Source of the DNA: a virus
Lineage: Duplodnaviria > Caudoviricetes
Strand: one strand, 5' to 3'
IMG/VR virus record: IMGVR_UViG_3300028591_005215
Coordinates: 96,001 to 160,000 of that record
DNA length: 64,000 bases
Below the pieces are notes generated by a model. The model worked only from the letters and a program-made list of their open reading frames with translations, was not told the origin of the DNA and made no database searches. Below are positions 9,194 through 18,755 of the stretch, piece by piece (within the stretch, counting starts at the first letter, position 1; each line of letters opens with the position of its first letter). Made by a program: the position numbers and the translations under genes.

Positions 9194-10558
9194 ATGAACG
9201 AAAAATTACATTTACATTTATACCGTAACGGTAAGATGTACGCAAGTTATGAAGAAGCAATTGCTTCTTATGATAATGCAGATGTAACTAATGAAAACTT
9301 GGATGGTACTCCAAGACTTGCTAGATATGTCAAAAATGGCAAAGTAAAAACCATCTTTGGTGTGTATGCTAACGGGGCTGATGGTGCTAATGGGCATTGG
9401 ACTATTTTCGATACTGAAGCTGATATGGCTAATGTATCAGAAATTAAGAATTCGCTTGATGAAAACACTAAAAACGATGAAGAATACAGAAAATCCAATG
9501 ATTCTACCATTAATGCCTTAGATGTTGAAAAGGCAGATAAAAGGGATATGGTATGGGCTAAGGAAGAAAATGGTATTGTAGCAAGAAACACTAAAAACCA
9601 AAAAATAGCTGAATTGGGTGATGATGGCTCATTAAAACTATATGTTGAAGGTGAACTGCTTTCAATTAATGATTTACTTGGCCAATTAGCTCATGAAAGC
9701 TATAATGATGAAACTCACCAAAGTGCAGTAGTTAATCCTACTGAGCCTGGAGCACTTGTAGCTGACGAGGTTATCGTAAGCGGTACATTGGATGGTGCTG
9801 CGGTTAATGACAAAGTTGCTGTATCAGCTCAAAAGGATGCTATTGTTAACTTAGCTTACATTGAATCGAAACAATTGAGCGTTAAAGCTGAAGAAAACGT
9901 TACAGTTAACGACCTTTCAAGTGAAGGTGCTTTAGCAAAATCTATTTCAAATGCGGGTTTTATTGTTTCATCTAAAGGTGATGTTGTAATCAATGGTGGT
10001 ACAATTGGCATGGATGGTTATAACGCCTTAGAAATTGGTCTTGCAAATGGATATGAGCCAAAAAATGTTACTATCCAAAACCTAAACGTTGACAACACTT
10101 TAACTAATAACGCTATTTTGGTATTCGGTGTTCAGGAAGGTGGTATGATTACTTTGAAAAATTGCCATTTCAAAAAGGTTTCTAACGTTTTAAGATTTTC
10201 TAATAAACTTGGTGTAGGTAATGTAACTATTAACGTTGAAGACTGTACAGTAGACGAATGGGATGCTAATAAATCTTGGAGGGGCTTCTTAATCCTTGAA
10301 GATTATACATCAAAAACTAAAGAAGAATGCGATACTGCTAACCGTTTCAGTAGTGATAAAGTTACAGTACACTTCAAGAATTTAGTACATGCAGGTAAAA
10401 AGCTTGTTATGACTAAAGACGAAGCTTGCGATTACGAAAACAGTGAAAGAGTTGTTTATAAGTGTGTAGACTATGTTTCTGAATATGGAAGTGGCGCTAA
10501 CACTGACTTATATAACGAAGAAACTAAAGACACATATCCAACAATTACATTTGAATAA
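9194..10558 (+). CDS. Fibre/adhesin-like protein with a probable beta-helix C-terminus
   Basis: N-terminal HLHLYRN...EEAI...DGTPRLARY domain shared with 10773, 44037 and 49385; beta-rich repeats (NVTIQNL, ITLKNCHF, VTINVEDC). Confidence 0.55.
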   Translation: MNEKLHLHLYRNGKMYASYEEAIASYDNADVTNENLDGTPRLARYVKNGKVKTIFGVYANGADGANGHWTIFDTEADMANVSEIKNSLDENTKNDEEYRKSNDSTINALDVEKADKRDMVWAKEENGIVARNTKNQKIAELGDDGSLKLYVEGELLSINDLLGQLAHESYNDETHQSAVVNPTEPGALVADEVIVSGTLDGAAVNDKVAVSAQKDAIVNLAYIESKQLSVKAEENVTVNDLSSEGALAKSISNAGFIVSSKGDVVINGGTIGMDGYNALEIGLANGYEPKNVTIQNLNVDNTLTNNAILVFGVQEGGMITLKNCHFKKVSNVLRFSNKLGVGNVTINVEDCTVDEWDANKSWRGFLILEDYTSKTKEECDTANRFSSDKVTVHFKNLVHAGKKLVMTKDEACDYENSERVVYKCVDYVSEYGSGANTDLYNEETKDTYPTITFE

Positions 10559-10772
10559 TAAATCTAAGAAATAAGTTAGATATGGCAAGTCAAATTGCTG
10601 ATATACCTTTTGAGGTAGAAAGCAAACAAGAAAAAAATAATATGAGTGTCAAAGAAAAAAGAGTATTTGACACTCATACAAAAAAAGAACCAATAAAAAA
10701 GGAAAAAAACAATATTTTTGGGTTCTTTAAAAAAATTTTAAAATAGCAATTAAAACTTAATTTTTTAAACAA

Positions 10773-12968
10773 ATGGCTGTAAATAATCATATACAATTAT
10801 TTAGAAATCAAACTTTATTTGCATCAAGAGAAGATGCTATTATTGCATTAAATAATGCTAATAAATCCGTTGATGCAATGCAAGTTCAAGATGGTAACCC
10901 TGTTCTTGCTCGTTACACTGACACTGACAAGAGTGTTAAATCTTTGCTTGCTTTGTTCCATGTTGCAAATGATAAGACAACTTACACATTGGTAACTGAT
11001 GGCGCTGCTGTTGAAGCTGCTATTAGTGCATTGGAGACAAATGTTAATAACACTTTTGGCACTGGTGTTACTTCTGCAAATACAGCAACTGCTCAGTTTG
11101 CAGCTTTGAAGGGAACAACTGCTGACACAAAGGTTGCTGAATCTGTAGCTGGTGCTAAGAAATATACTGATGATGCAGTTAACACTTTGAAGAGTGGTGC
11201 TACTAAAGGCTATGATACTCTTAAGGGACTTGAAGATAAGATTAAAGGTGTTGAATCAGCAAATGCTGCTACAATTGGAGCACTTGATTTAGATACTGTT
11301 AGCGCAGAAGGAAGTGTGATAACTTCTGTTTCACAGACAGACGGTAAAGTTTCTGCTAGTGGTACGCCAATTGTTGACGTTAAATTGACAGGCTTTGCAA
11401 AAGACAGTGCTTCTGGTGATATTGCTGCTACAGATAGTGTTAAAGACGCCTTCTCTAAATTGGAGAATCGTATTATTAGCTCCACAAATAAAAACTCTTT
11501 GAGTGCTGGTAACAAATCAATTGTTGTTACATCTAGTGAAAATGGTAACACAGTGGCTGTTAAAATTAAGAGTGGTGAAAAAGTTCTTGCTCTTAATAAT
11601 GACACAACTGAAGAAAATGGTGGTATTTACACTGACATCAAACTCGTTAAAATTACAAGTGGTCTTGGTGCTAATGTAAAAGAAGCCTATCAATTGCAAG
11701 GTATTGGTGGTACACAACTTGGTAATACACAAATCGAAATTCCTAAAGATTATTCTTTGAAAGAAGCTTATCTTGGTTCTTCTGGAGATACCGTAAATTC
11801 AGAAACAGGTGATATTACAAAGGTGCCTGCTCAAGATGCGCAATCATTGAACTTTGTTTATCATCTTGAAAATGGTACGTATTCAATGGCTAAGGTGGAT
11901 GTTTCTAAATTCTTAACCCAAAGCGAATTTGCAAGTGGTGTTACTGCTGACAAGACAAGTGGTATTGTTCATGGTGTTGTTGATAGTACCTCTGAAGAAT
12001 TCTTGACTGTTGGTGAAAATGGTTTTAAACTTGATGGTGTACAAACTGCAATTAACTCAGCAAAAGCTGAAGCTAAGACTGCTGTTAGTAAAAAAACTAG
12101 TGGTCACGTAACTGTTACTGTAGTTTCAGATGCTACTGATGGTCATGCTGTAGTAACTGTAGCTGAAAATGACATCGCAAGTGCTGCTGACCTTGCAAAT
12201 GAGATTACCCACCGTAAAGCTGTTGATGGTATTGATGGTGATACTTATGTAGTTAATCAAAATACTAATTATATTAGCACTGCTACATCTTTGAACGATG
12301 CTGACATTAAGTTGGACGCTCAAGCTAAGGCTAATGCTGATGCTATTGCTATTTTGAATGGTAATGCTACTACTAACGGTTCAGTTGCTAAAGCCGTTGC
12401 TGATGCAAAAGACCTAATTAATGCTTATACTGTAAATAACAAAGCAATTAGTGGAAATCCTGTACTTGATGGTTCTGATATCACATTGACTGGTTATGAA
12501 GCAGCTACAGAAGCTTCTGCCCCTACTTCTGCTGATACAGTTAATGCAGCAATAGCTAAATTGTATAAGGCTATCAGCGATGCAACTGGTGGAGCAAGTT
12601 CAAGTATTTCTGATGAAATTGCACGTGCTGAATCTGCTGAAACATCAATTGATACAGCTGTAGGCTTAACCAAGGCTGTTGATGGTGAAAGTAGAACTTA
12701 CACTAACACAGGTACTTATATCGGAACTGGACAGACTAACACAATCACGTCTGATATCAAGGCTCTTGATACTCAGGTTAAGGCAAACGCTGACGCAATT
12801 GATTCTGCTAATACAAAGAATACATTATCATCTGCTAATAACGCTCTTGATATTAATGCACAGTCGAGTGGTACAACTTTGACTATCAAAGTTGACACGC
12901 AAACTGGTCTTGCAATTGATAGCGCAAAAGGTATTCAGATTTCAGGTATTGATGGCGGGACATACTAA
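10773..12968 (+). CDS. Fibre protein, A/T/S/G-rich
   Basis: 731 aa; HIQLFRN...DGNPVLARY N-terminus; SQTDGKV...LTGF...DSVKDAFSKLEN module shared with 49385; ends IDGGTY. Confidence 0.65.
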   Translation: MAVNNHIQLFRNQTLFASREDAIIALNNANKSVDAMQVQDGNPVLARYTDTDKSVKSLLALFHVANDKTTYTLVTDGAAVEAAISALETNVNNTFGTGVTSANTATAQFAALKGTTADTKVAESVAGAKKYTDDAVNTLKSGATKGYDTLKGLEDKIKGVESANAATIGALDLDTVSAEGSVITSVSQTDGKVSASGTPIVDVKLTGFAKDSASGDIAATDSVKDAFSKLENRIISSTNKNSLSAGNKSIVVTSSENGNTVAVKIKSGEKVLALNNDTTEENGGIYTDIKLVKITSGLGANVKEAYQLQGIGGTQLGNTQIEIPKDYSLKEAYLGSSGDTVNSETGDITKVPAQDAQSLNFVYHLENGTYSMAKVDVSKFLTQSEFASGVTADKTSGIVHGVVDSTSEEFLTVGENGFKLDGVQTAINSAKAEAKTAVSKKTSGHVTVTVVSDATDGHAVVTVAENDIASAADLANEITHRKAVDGIDGDTYVVNQNTNYISTATSLNDADIKLDAQAKANADAIAILNGNATTNGSVAKAVADAKDLINAYTVNNKAISGNPVLDGSDITLTGYEAATEASAPTSADTVNAAIAKLYKAISDATGGASSSISDEIARAESAETSIDTAVGLTKAVDGESRTYTNTGTYIGTGQTNTITSDIKALDTQVKANADAIDSANTKNTLSSANNALDINAQSSGTTLTIKVDTQTGLAIDSAKGIQISGIDGGTY

Positions 12969-12990
12969 TATTTAGTATAAAATAATAATT

Positions 12991-13023
12991 AATGGGTGGT
13001 AATAATTTACCGCCCATTTTTTT
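12991..13023 (+). terminator. Intrinsic terminator
   Basis: AATGGGTGGTAA...TTACCGCCCATT plus T run. Confidence 0.75.
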
Positions 13024-13091
13024 GTATTTTAGAAAATATTTATATTGGTAAGAACACAAGTAAATAAAATTAATGACAAATATTTATATAT

Positions 13092-15455
13092 ATGGCTTTA
13101 AAAATTAAACATATTAAGAGTAACCAGTTAATTGAACATGGTACTGACGAAAATAAGTATTATACACCTAAATTGCCATCCGTTAAAGACAGTAAAGGTG
13201 AAGTACTTGATAACCCACAGATTGAATACGGTGAGCTTGCTATTAACTATGCTAAAGGCTATGAAACCATTTCGTTGAGAAATGATAATAACGATGTCGT
13301 TACTTTTTCAACAACTGATAAAATGGTTGAATATGTTGGTGCGGTGTCACCTTTTGTGTATAACGAAAAAATAAAAAGTCTTGCAGTAAAGGGAAGTGGT
13401 TCAGTTGCTTCTGGTAATTTATCCTTTGCAGAAGGTTATCATACAACAGCGTCAGGAACATATTCTCATGCAGAAGGTAGTCTAACAAATGCTATCAGCA
13501 GCTATTCGCATGCTGAAGGTGAAGAAACCAGTGCCACAAGTAATGCATCTCATGCTGAAGGCAATAGTACATTAGCAAGTGGTAACGATTCACATGCTGA
13601 AGGTAATCAAACAACTGCAAGTGGTGCTTTTGGCTCTCACTCAGAAGGTCAAAACACAGTCGCTGGAGGCCAAAGTTCCCATGCAGAAGGTTCAAGTACA
13701 ACTGCAAGTGGCGAATATTCTCATGCTGAAGGTAATCAAACAACTGCAAGTGGTAAATATTCTCATGCAGAAGGTTCAAGTACAACTGCAAGTTATGATA
13801 ATTCCCATGCTGAAGGTAATCAAACAACTGCAAGTGGTATTACTTCTCACGCTGAAGGCCAAAGCACAGTCGCTGGAGGTCAAGGTTCCCATTCTGAAGG
13901 TATTGCAACTAATGCAACGAGTAATGCATCTCATGCTGAAGGCAATAGCACATTAGCAAGTGGTAACGATTCCCATGCTGAAGGTAATCAAACAACTGCA
14001 AGTGGTATTGCTTCTCACGCTGAAGGCCAAAGTACATTAGCAAGTGGTAACGATTCACATGCTGAAGGTATTGCAACTAATGCAACAAGTGCTGCATCTC
14101 ACTCTGAAGGTTTTATGGTAATAGCTAGCAATTTATATTCACATGCAGAAGGTGAACGAACAGTTGCTAGCGGCCAAGGTTCTCACGCTGAAGGTGGTTA
14201 TATACCTGCTGAAGTCGGCTTATCAGCTTCATATACAACTGCAAGTGGTAAATATTCTCATGCTGAAGGTGCTGGAACATTAGCAAGTGGTAATAATTCC
14301 CATGCTGAAGGTCAAAATACAACTGCAAGTGGGCAATCTTCTCATGCAGAAGGTTTTGAAACTATTGCAGTAGGTGATTATTCACATACTTCAGGTTCTT
14401 ACACTGAAGCATTAAATGATAATGAAACTGCTATTGGCGTTTTTAATTCATCTAGTCATGCAAGTAATACTTTTGGAGATAGTGGAAATACTATATTTAC
14501 AGTAGGTATTGGAAATTATGATTTGCCTAATCATGTTAGAAAGAATGCTTTTGAAATTAGGCAAAATGGTGACATTTATGCTCTTCAGAATTTGACAGAA
14601 GACAAGAATAGAATAGTTAAGAATACTGATACCTTAGCTGATGCATTTGAAGCTGTTGTAGATAAATTAAATGACCTTAGCGAAGGTGCTGAAGAAGGCG
14701 ATGCAAGTAAGTTGTCTAAAACTGAATTGTTAACAGTCTGGGATGCTGATTCTAATGCTTCTGGCACCACATTTGATGCAAAGACAATTGCAAAGGTTAT
14801 TACCGATAATGAACAGACAACGGCAGCAGCATATAATGCAAAGGTTGGTTTTGCCGAATATAATTCAACTGATAAAAAGATTTATTTCTATAAGGACAGC
14901 ACTAATAAGACTACTGCTTTAGCTGAAATTGACACATCTGACTTTATCAAGGATGGCATGGTATCAAATGTTGAGATTAATAATGGCAATTTGGTGATAA
15001 CTTTTAATACTGATAGTAATAAAGAAGATATTTCTTTACCATTGACAAGCATATTCAATCCATCTAATTATTATACAAAAAATGATGTTGATACTGCTTT
15101 GAGTGGTAAAGCTGACGCATCTACTGTAACTAGTCATACAAGTAATAGTGATATTCACATTACTGCTAGTGAAAGAACTGCTTGGAATGCGAAACTTGAC
15201 GCATCAGCATACACTCCAACTGATTTGAGTAATTATTACACTAAATCAGAAACAAGCGGTGCTACTGAAATTAGTACAGCCTTGAGTAGTAAACAAGGTA
15301 ATTTAACAAGTGGTAATGGAATATCTATTAGTGAAAATAATGAAATTAGCGTTAAAGTTAAAGATGATGTAGCTAATGCATTCACAAATCTTTTGAGGAT
15401 TGATGATAATGGGTATCTGTATGTTAACGAAACTTTGGATGCTGGTGATTATTAA
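13092..15455 (+). CDS. Adhesin/fibre with YadA-head-like 14-aa beta-roll repeats
   Basis: About 22 repeats of ASGxxSHAEGxxTx, then TVGIG...RKNAFEIRQNG neck-like motif; ends LDAGDY. Confidence 0.8.
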   Translation: MALKIKHIKSNQLIEHGTDENKYYTPKLPSVKDSKGEVLDNPQIEYGELAINYAKGYETISLRNDNNDVVTFSTTDKMVEYVGAVSPFVYNEKIKSLAVKGSGSVASGNLSFAEGYHTTASGTYSHAEGSLTNAISSYSHAEGEETSATSNASHAEGNSTLASGNDSHAEGNQTTASGAFGSHSEGQNTVAGGQSSHAEGSSTTASGEYSHAEGNQTTASGKYSHAEGSSTTASYDNSHAEGNQTTASGITSHAEGQSTVAGGQGSHSEGIATNATSNASHAEGNSTLASGNDSHAEGNQTTASGIASHAEGQSTLASGNDSHAEGIATNATSAASHSEGFMVIASNLYSHAEGERTVASGQGSHAEGGYIPAEVGLSASYTTASGKYSHAEGAGTLASGNNSHAEGQNTTASGQSSHAEGFETIAVGDYSHTSGSYTEALNDNETAIGVFNSSSHASNTFGDSGNTIFTVGIGNYDLPNHVRKNAFEIRQNGDIYALQNLTEDKNRIVKNTDTLADAFEAVVDKLNDLSEGAEEGDASKLSKTELLTVWDADSNASGTTFDAKTIAKVITDNEQTTAAAYNAKVGFAEYNSTDKKIYFYKDSTNKTTALAEIDTSDFIKDGMVSNVEINNGNLVITFNTDSNKEDISLPLTSIFNPSNYYTKNDVDTALSGKADASTVTSHTSNSDIHITASERTAWNAKLDASAYTPTDLSNYYTKSETSGATEISTALSSKQGNLTSGNGISISENNEISVKVKDDVANAFTNLLRIDDNGYLYVNETLDAGDY
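13400..14430 (+). repeat. 42-bp coding tandem repeat array (SHAEG)
   Basis: Near-identical DNA units such as CATGCTGAAGGTAATCAAACAACTGCAAGT recur several times. Confidence 0.9.
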
Positions 15456-15480
15456 TTGATGAGTTATAATAAAAAAAATA

Positions 15481-15515
15481 AAAAGGATAGATTTTTTTAT
15501 AATCTATCCTTTTTT
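15481..15515 (+). terminator. Intrinsic terminator
   Basis: AAAGGATAGATT...AATCTATCCTTT plus T run. Confidence 0.75.
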
Positions 15516-15650
15516 ATTGCCATTTATCAAACTATTTATAGTATGACACTTGTTTAATAGTAATTTTCATACTTTTTAGGCACTATTGTCTTTACACCTT
15601 ATGAAATCGCTATTTCAGTGGAAATAACTAATAGACAAAATTAAAACAAA

Positions 15651-16229
15651 ATGGCAAAAAACATTCAACACATTTTGCATAAAAAAAGTAATGATGCAAA
15701 TGCAAATGGTTCACCTAAATTACCTACTGCTGACGTCCTAAGCAATGGTGAAATAGCAATCAATTACAAAAAGGGGATTGAAACAATTTCTATTAAAAAT
15801 GACAACAACGAAATTGTAACATTCTCAAGTGATAATAAAATTAATGACTTAATTAATTCTCAATTAATTCATTCGTATGATAGTGCTTCGACAGCTACCA
15901 ATGCAACTTATGATGCCAAGACAATTACAGATACAATAAATGAAAATGAAAGGATTGTAGCTGCTGCTTATAATTCAATTTCAGGCTCAGTAAGTTCTCA
16001 TGCAAGTAATAGTGATATTCATATTACTGCTAGTGAAAGAACTGCTTGGAATAATAAAGTTGACACGGCAGATTTGAATACTAATAACTTGATTGTGAGT
16101 GGCATGACCGCTAATGTGCCTTTTGCAAATGGTAATACATTATCTTTTGCCCTTACAAAGATACTTGAAGAGATAACCAATCTAAGTAATAGGATTGCTG
16201 CGTTGGAAAACAACTCGAATAATGAATAA
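15651..16229 (+). CDS. Short fibre-like protein, paralogue of 13092..15455 without the repeats
   Basis: Shares PKLP...GE(I/L)AINYxKGxETISxxNDNNxxVTFS, DAKTI...NE...AAAYN and SNSDIHITASERTAWN with 13092..15455. Confidence 0.7.
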   Translation: MAKNIQHILHKKSNDANANGSPKLPTADVLSNGEIAINYKKGIETISIKNDNNEIVTFSSDNKINDLINSQLIHSYDSASTATNATYDAKTITDTINENERIVAAAYNSISGSVSSHASNSDIHITASERTAWNNKVDTADLNTNNLIVSGMTANVPFANGNTLSFALTKILEEITNLSNRIAALENNSNNE

Positions 16230-16289
16230 AACAGATTGGTGGATTGGTTAATAAACTGTTTCCAATAATTATATGATAGTGAAAATAAT

Positions 16290-16321
16290 AAAAGGTAGAT
16301 AAGTTAACTTATCTACCTTTT
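16290..16321. terminator. Bidirectional terminator between convergent genes
   Basis: Perfect palindrome AAAAGGTAGATAAGTTAACTTATCTACCTTTT. Confidence 0.8.
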
Positions 16322-16335
16322 ATTTTATAATAGTA

Positions 16336-17148
16336 TTAGGAATCTAACCTATCAAGAATCTTAGTAATTAATTTGTTTCTAACAATATCTTCTCTTGAAA
16401 AAGTTGTAACTGCCACTTCTTCCATTCCATCCAATTTATCAGCCACATATGATAGCCCACATTCATCTTTCCCTTTTACAATTGATTGCCTATTTACTTG
16501 CTCGCAATCACCTGTAATAACAAGTTTACTTTTTTCACCAATGCGAGTAAGGATAAGTTTCATATCTTCTTTAGTATATTGTTCTGCTTCATTAACAAGA
16601 ATAAGTGCATTATCAAATGTTTTACCTAACATAAAGTTAATAAATTCATATTGTATAACACCACTATTAATCAGTTGGCTTGAAATTAATTTTGCTTCAT
16701 TATTTTCACTCATTTTAAGGATTTTTTCAATAGTATATCTATCTACATCCTTAAATGGTCTTGTTTTATCTTCAAGTTCACCTTTTAGGAAGCCAAACCC
16801 CATGTCTTTTCCAGATGCTTGTGCTGTAGGTACTACCATTATAATTTTATCAAATTCACCATCCTTTATTGCCTTAAGTCCATAAGATAACGACATAAAT
16901 GATTTGCCCGTACCAGCAGAACCTGTTCCAAAGCATATTTCTTTATTTTTATCTTTAAGTGATTTTAGAAATTCTTTTTGCTTTTCATTTTTGCATTTAA
17001 TGCTTAATTTATAACTTAAAAGTTTTAGCTGATTCTTATATCCATCAACATATTCATAATTATCGCTTAATTCAGGCGCTTTCATTTTTGCATTGATGAA
17101 GTCCAAATCTTCTTCTGAAATGTTTGCTAAACGCTTTCTTTTTCCCAT
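16336..17148 (-). CDS. phoH: PhoH-family ATPase
   Basis: KNEKQ, GSAGTGKS Walker A, GFLKGELEDK, TRIGEKSKLVITGDCEQ, EDIVRN. Likely start MGKRK at 17148. Confidence 0.92.
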   Translation of the reverse strand: MGKRKRLANISEEDLDFINAKMKAPELSDNYEYVDGYKNQLKLLSYKLSIKCKNEKQKEFLKSLKDKNKEICFGTGSAGTGKSFMSLSYGLKAIKDGEFDKIIMVVPTAQASGKDMGFGFLKGELEDKTRPFKDVDRYTIEKILKMSENNEAKLISSQLINSGVIQYEFINFMLGKTFDNALILVNEAEQYTKEDMKLILTRIGEKSKLVITGDCEQVNRQSIVKGKDECGLSYVADKLDGMEEVAVTTFSREDIVRNKLITKILDRLDS

Positions 17149-17326
17149 AAAATTTTTAATTAAAATTGTTAGTAAAAAAATAAATGGCATAAAACCTATA
17201 ATTCAATTATAAGGCAATCCTTTTTTCAATTATAAATATTGTCCATTTCCTATTTAAATGATATGAAAACATACGAATTTGTCAAGAAAGTAGAAATATT
17301 TTGTCTATTTAACATTTTTTTAGAAC

Positions 17327-17632
17327 TTTGATAGAGTTATTAAGAAAAACAGTATTATATTTGCAACATATAAATCAAACAACTGTTTAAAAAATTATGA
17401 AATGTTCAATTTAATTAATAATAATGTAGATAAAAAAATATAAAAATACTATTCTTAGAATTAAAAAAATAGGTTTAACAAACATTAACTAAAACTATTT
17501 GGAAAAATAGAAATAAAAGAATATATTGCCATTGTTAACAAGAAAACAACAACGTTAATTAATTAACGAAATGTTTAATATCTTTTAACAAAAAAGATTT
17601 GCAATTATGAAAACAAAGTAATATATTGCAGT
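17327..17632 (+). promoter_or_regulatory. Three tandem host-type promoter-like elements
   Basis: TATATTTGC at 17356 and TATATTGC near 17522 and 17622, each preceded by TTTG and a TTTAACA element. Confidence 0.55.
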
Positions 17633-17676
17633 CGTTAATCAAAACAATAATTAATAACTTCAAATTTTAGAAGAGT

Positions 17677-18714
17677 ATGCAGAATTTAGATTTCAGTGCA
17701 TTTCAGATGCCAACAGCAGTAGACAACGTAGTAGTAGAAAACAATGTAGAAACTACACCATCAGTCATTGACTTCGACCACTTCGAGGATTGGTCTGAAA
17801 AAAAGGTTCAAGACTTAACTCTTGACCAACTTCGTCAGACTTCACGTGAACTTGGTGGAAATGGTGCTCCTAACAATGGCATTCTTCATTATCAGTTCAT
17901 TCAAAAAGTTCTTGATATGTGTAATGAACGTGGATTCAACGCTGAAATTCGTGACCTTTTTGCTTGTAAGCAAGGTTCTTCACAGTGGCCTGGTGTATCA
18001 ATCGTTGATGATATTGCAAAACGTATTGATGAGCCAGAATTGCTTCAGCAAAGAAACATTCACGCCACAATTGTAAGACGTGTGTTCTGCAATATTGTGA
18101 TTAAGGATTTCGATGAAAGTTCTGAATATACTAACGCACTTACATTGTCTTATTCACAGCGTGGTATACAAGCAGCTGTAGGACAGCACGTATATGCTTG
18201 CCATAACATGACAATCCTTGGTGCTGAACAGACTATTTCTACCTTCAATGATGGCACTACACCTAACAAAGGTCGCTATTCACGTGTTAAGATGAATTAT
18301 GAAAGTATTCTTCAGAAGATTGCTGATTGGTTAGACCATATGGATTCAATCGCACACAATGGAAGCGAGCGAATCAAGAAGATGAAGAGTACTGTCATCC
18401 CTGCTAATGTAATGTATGGATTATTTGGTGTGCTTGCAGCATATCGTGTTCAGTGTGACACAACAGTTCAGAGTATTCACGTTAAGGAAACATACCCACT
18501 TAACAACTCTCAGTTGAATACATTTATCGAAACCTGCCTTATCAAGGCAAAACAGAATTCTTATGCTGACCCTAACAAACAGGGATTCATTACAGCTTGG
18601 GATTTTTACAATGCAGCTACTGACACACAGAAGGCGCAGCAGATGGATAGCGTTCAGGTAATCCCACAAAATGTTGCATTACTGAACTTTATGGATAAGT
18701 TTGTTATTGGATAA
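17677..18714 (+). CDS. DUF3871/DUF932-like protein
   Basis: TLDQL...GILHYQFI...RRVFCNI...GQHVYACHNMTILG...ITAWDFYNAATD pattern resembles this Bacteroidota family. Confidence 0.55.
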   Translation: MQNLDFSAFQMPTAVDNVVVENNVETTPSVIDFDHFEDWSEKKVQDLTLDQLRQTSRELGGNGAPNNGILHYQFIQKVLDMCNERGFNAEIRDLFACKQGSSQWPGVSIVDDIAKRIDEPELLQQRNIHATIVRRVFCNIVIKDFDESSEYTNALTLSYSQRGIQAAVGQHVYACHNMTILGAEQTISTFNDGTTPNKGRYSRVKMNYESILQKIADWLDHMDSIAHNGSERIKKMKSTVIPANVMYGLFGVLAAYRVQCDTTVQSIHVKETYPLNNSQLNTFIETCLIKAKQNSYADPNKQGFITAWDFYNAATDTQKAQQMDSVQVIPQNVALLNFMDKFVIG

Positions 18715-18720
18715 CAAAAT

Positions 18721-18750
18721 AAAAGGATAGTCTTGATTGACTATCCTTTT
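18721..18750. terminator. Bidirectional terminator
   Basis: AAAAGGATAGTC-TTGATT-GACTATCCTTTT between convergent genes. Confidence 0.85.
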
Positions 18751-18755
18751 ATTAT

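Noticed and set aside
13400-14430. CRISPR array
   Set aside because: The repeats are in-frame 42-bp coding units without unique spacers, and no cas genes are present.
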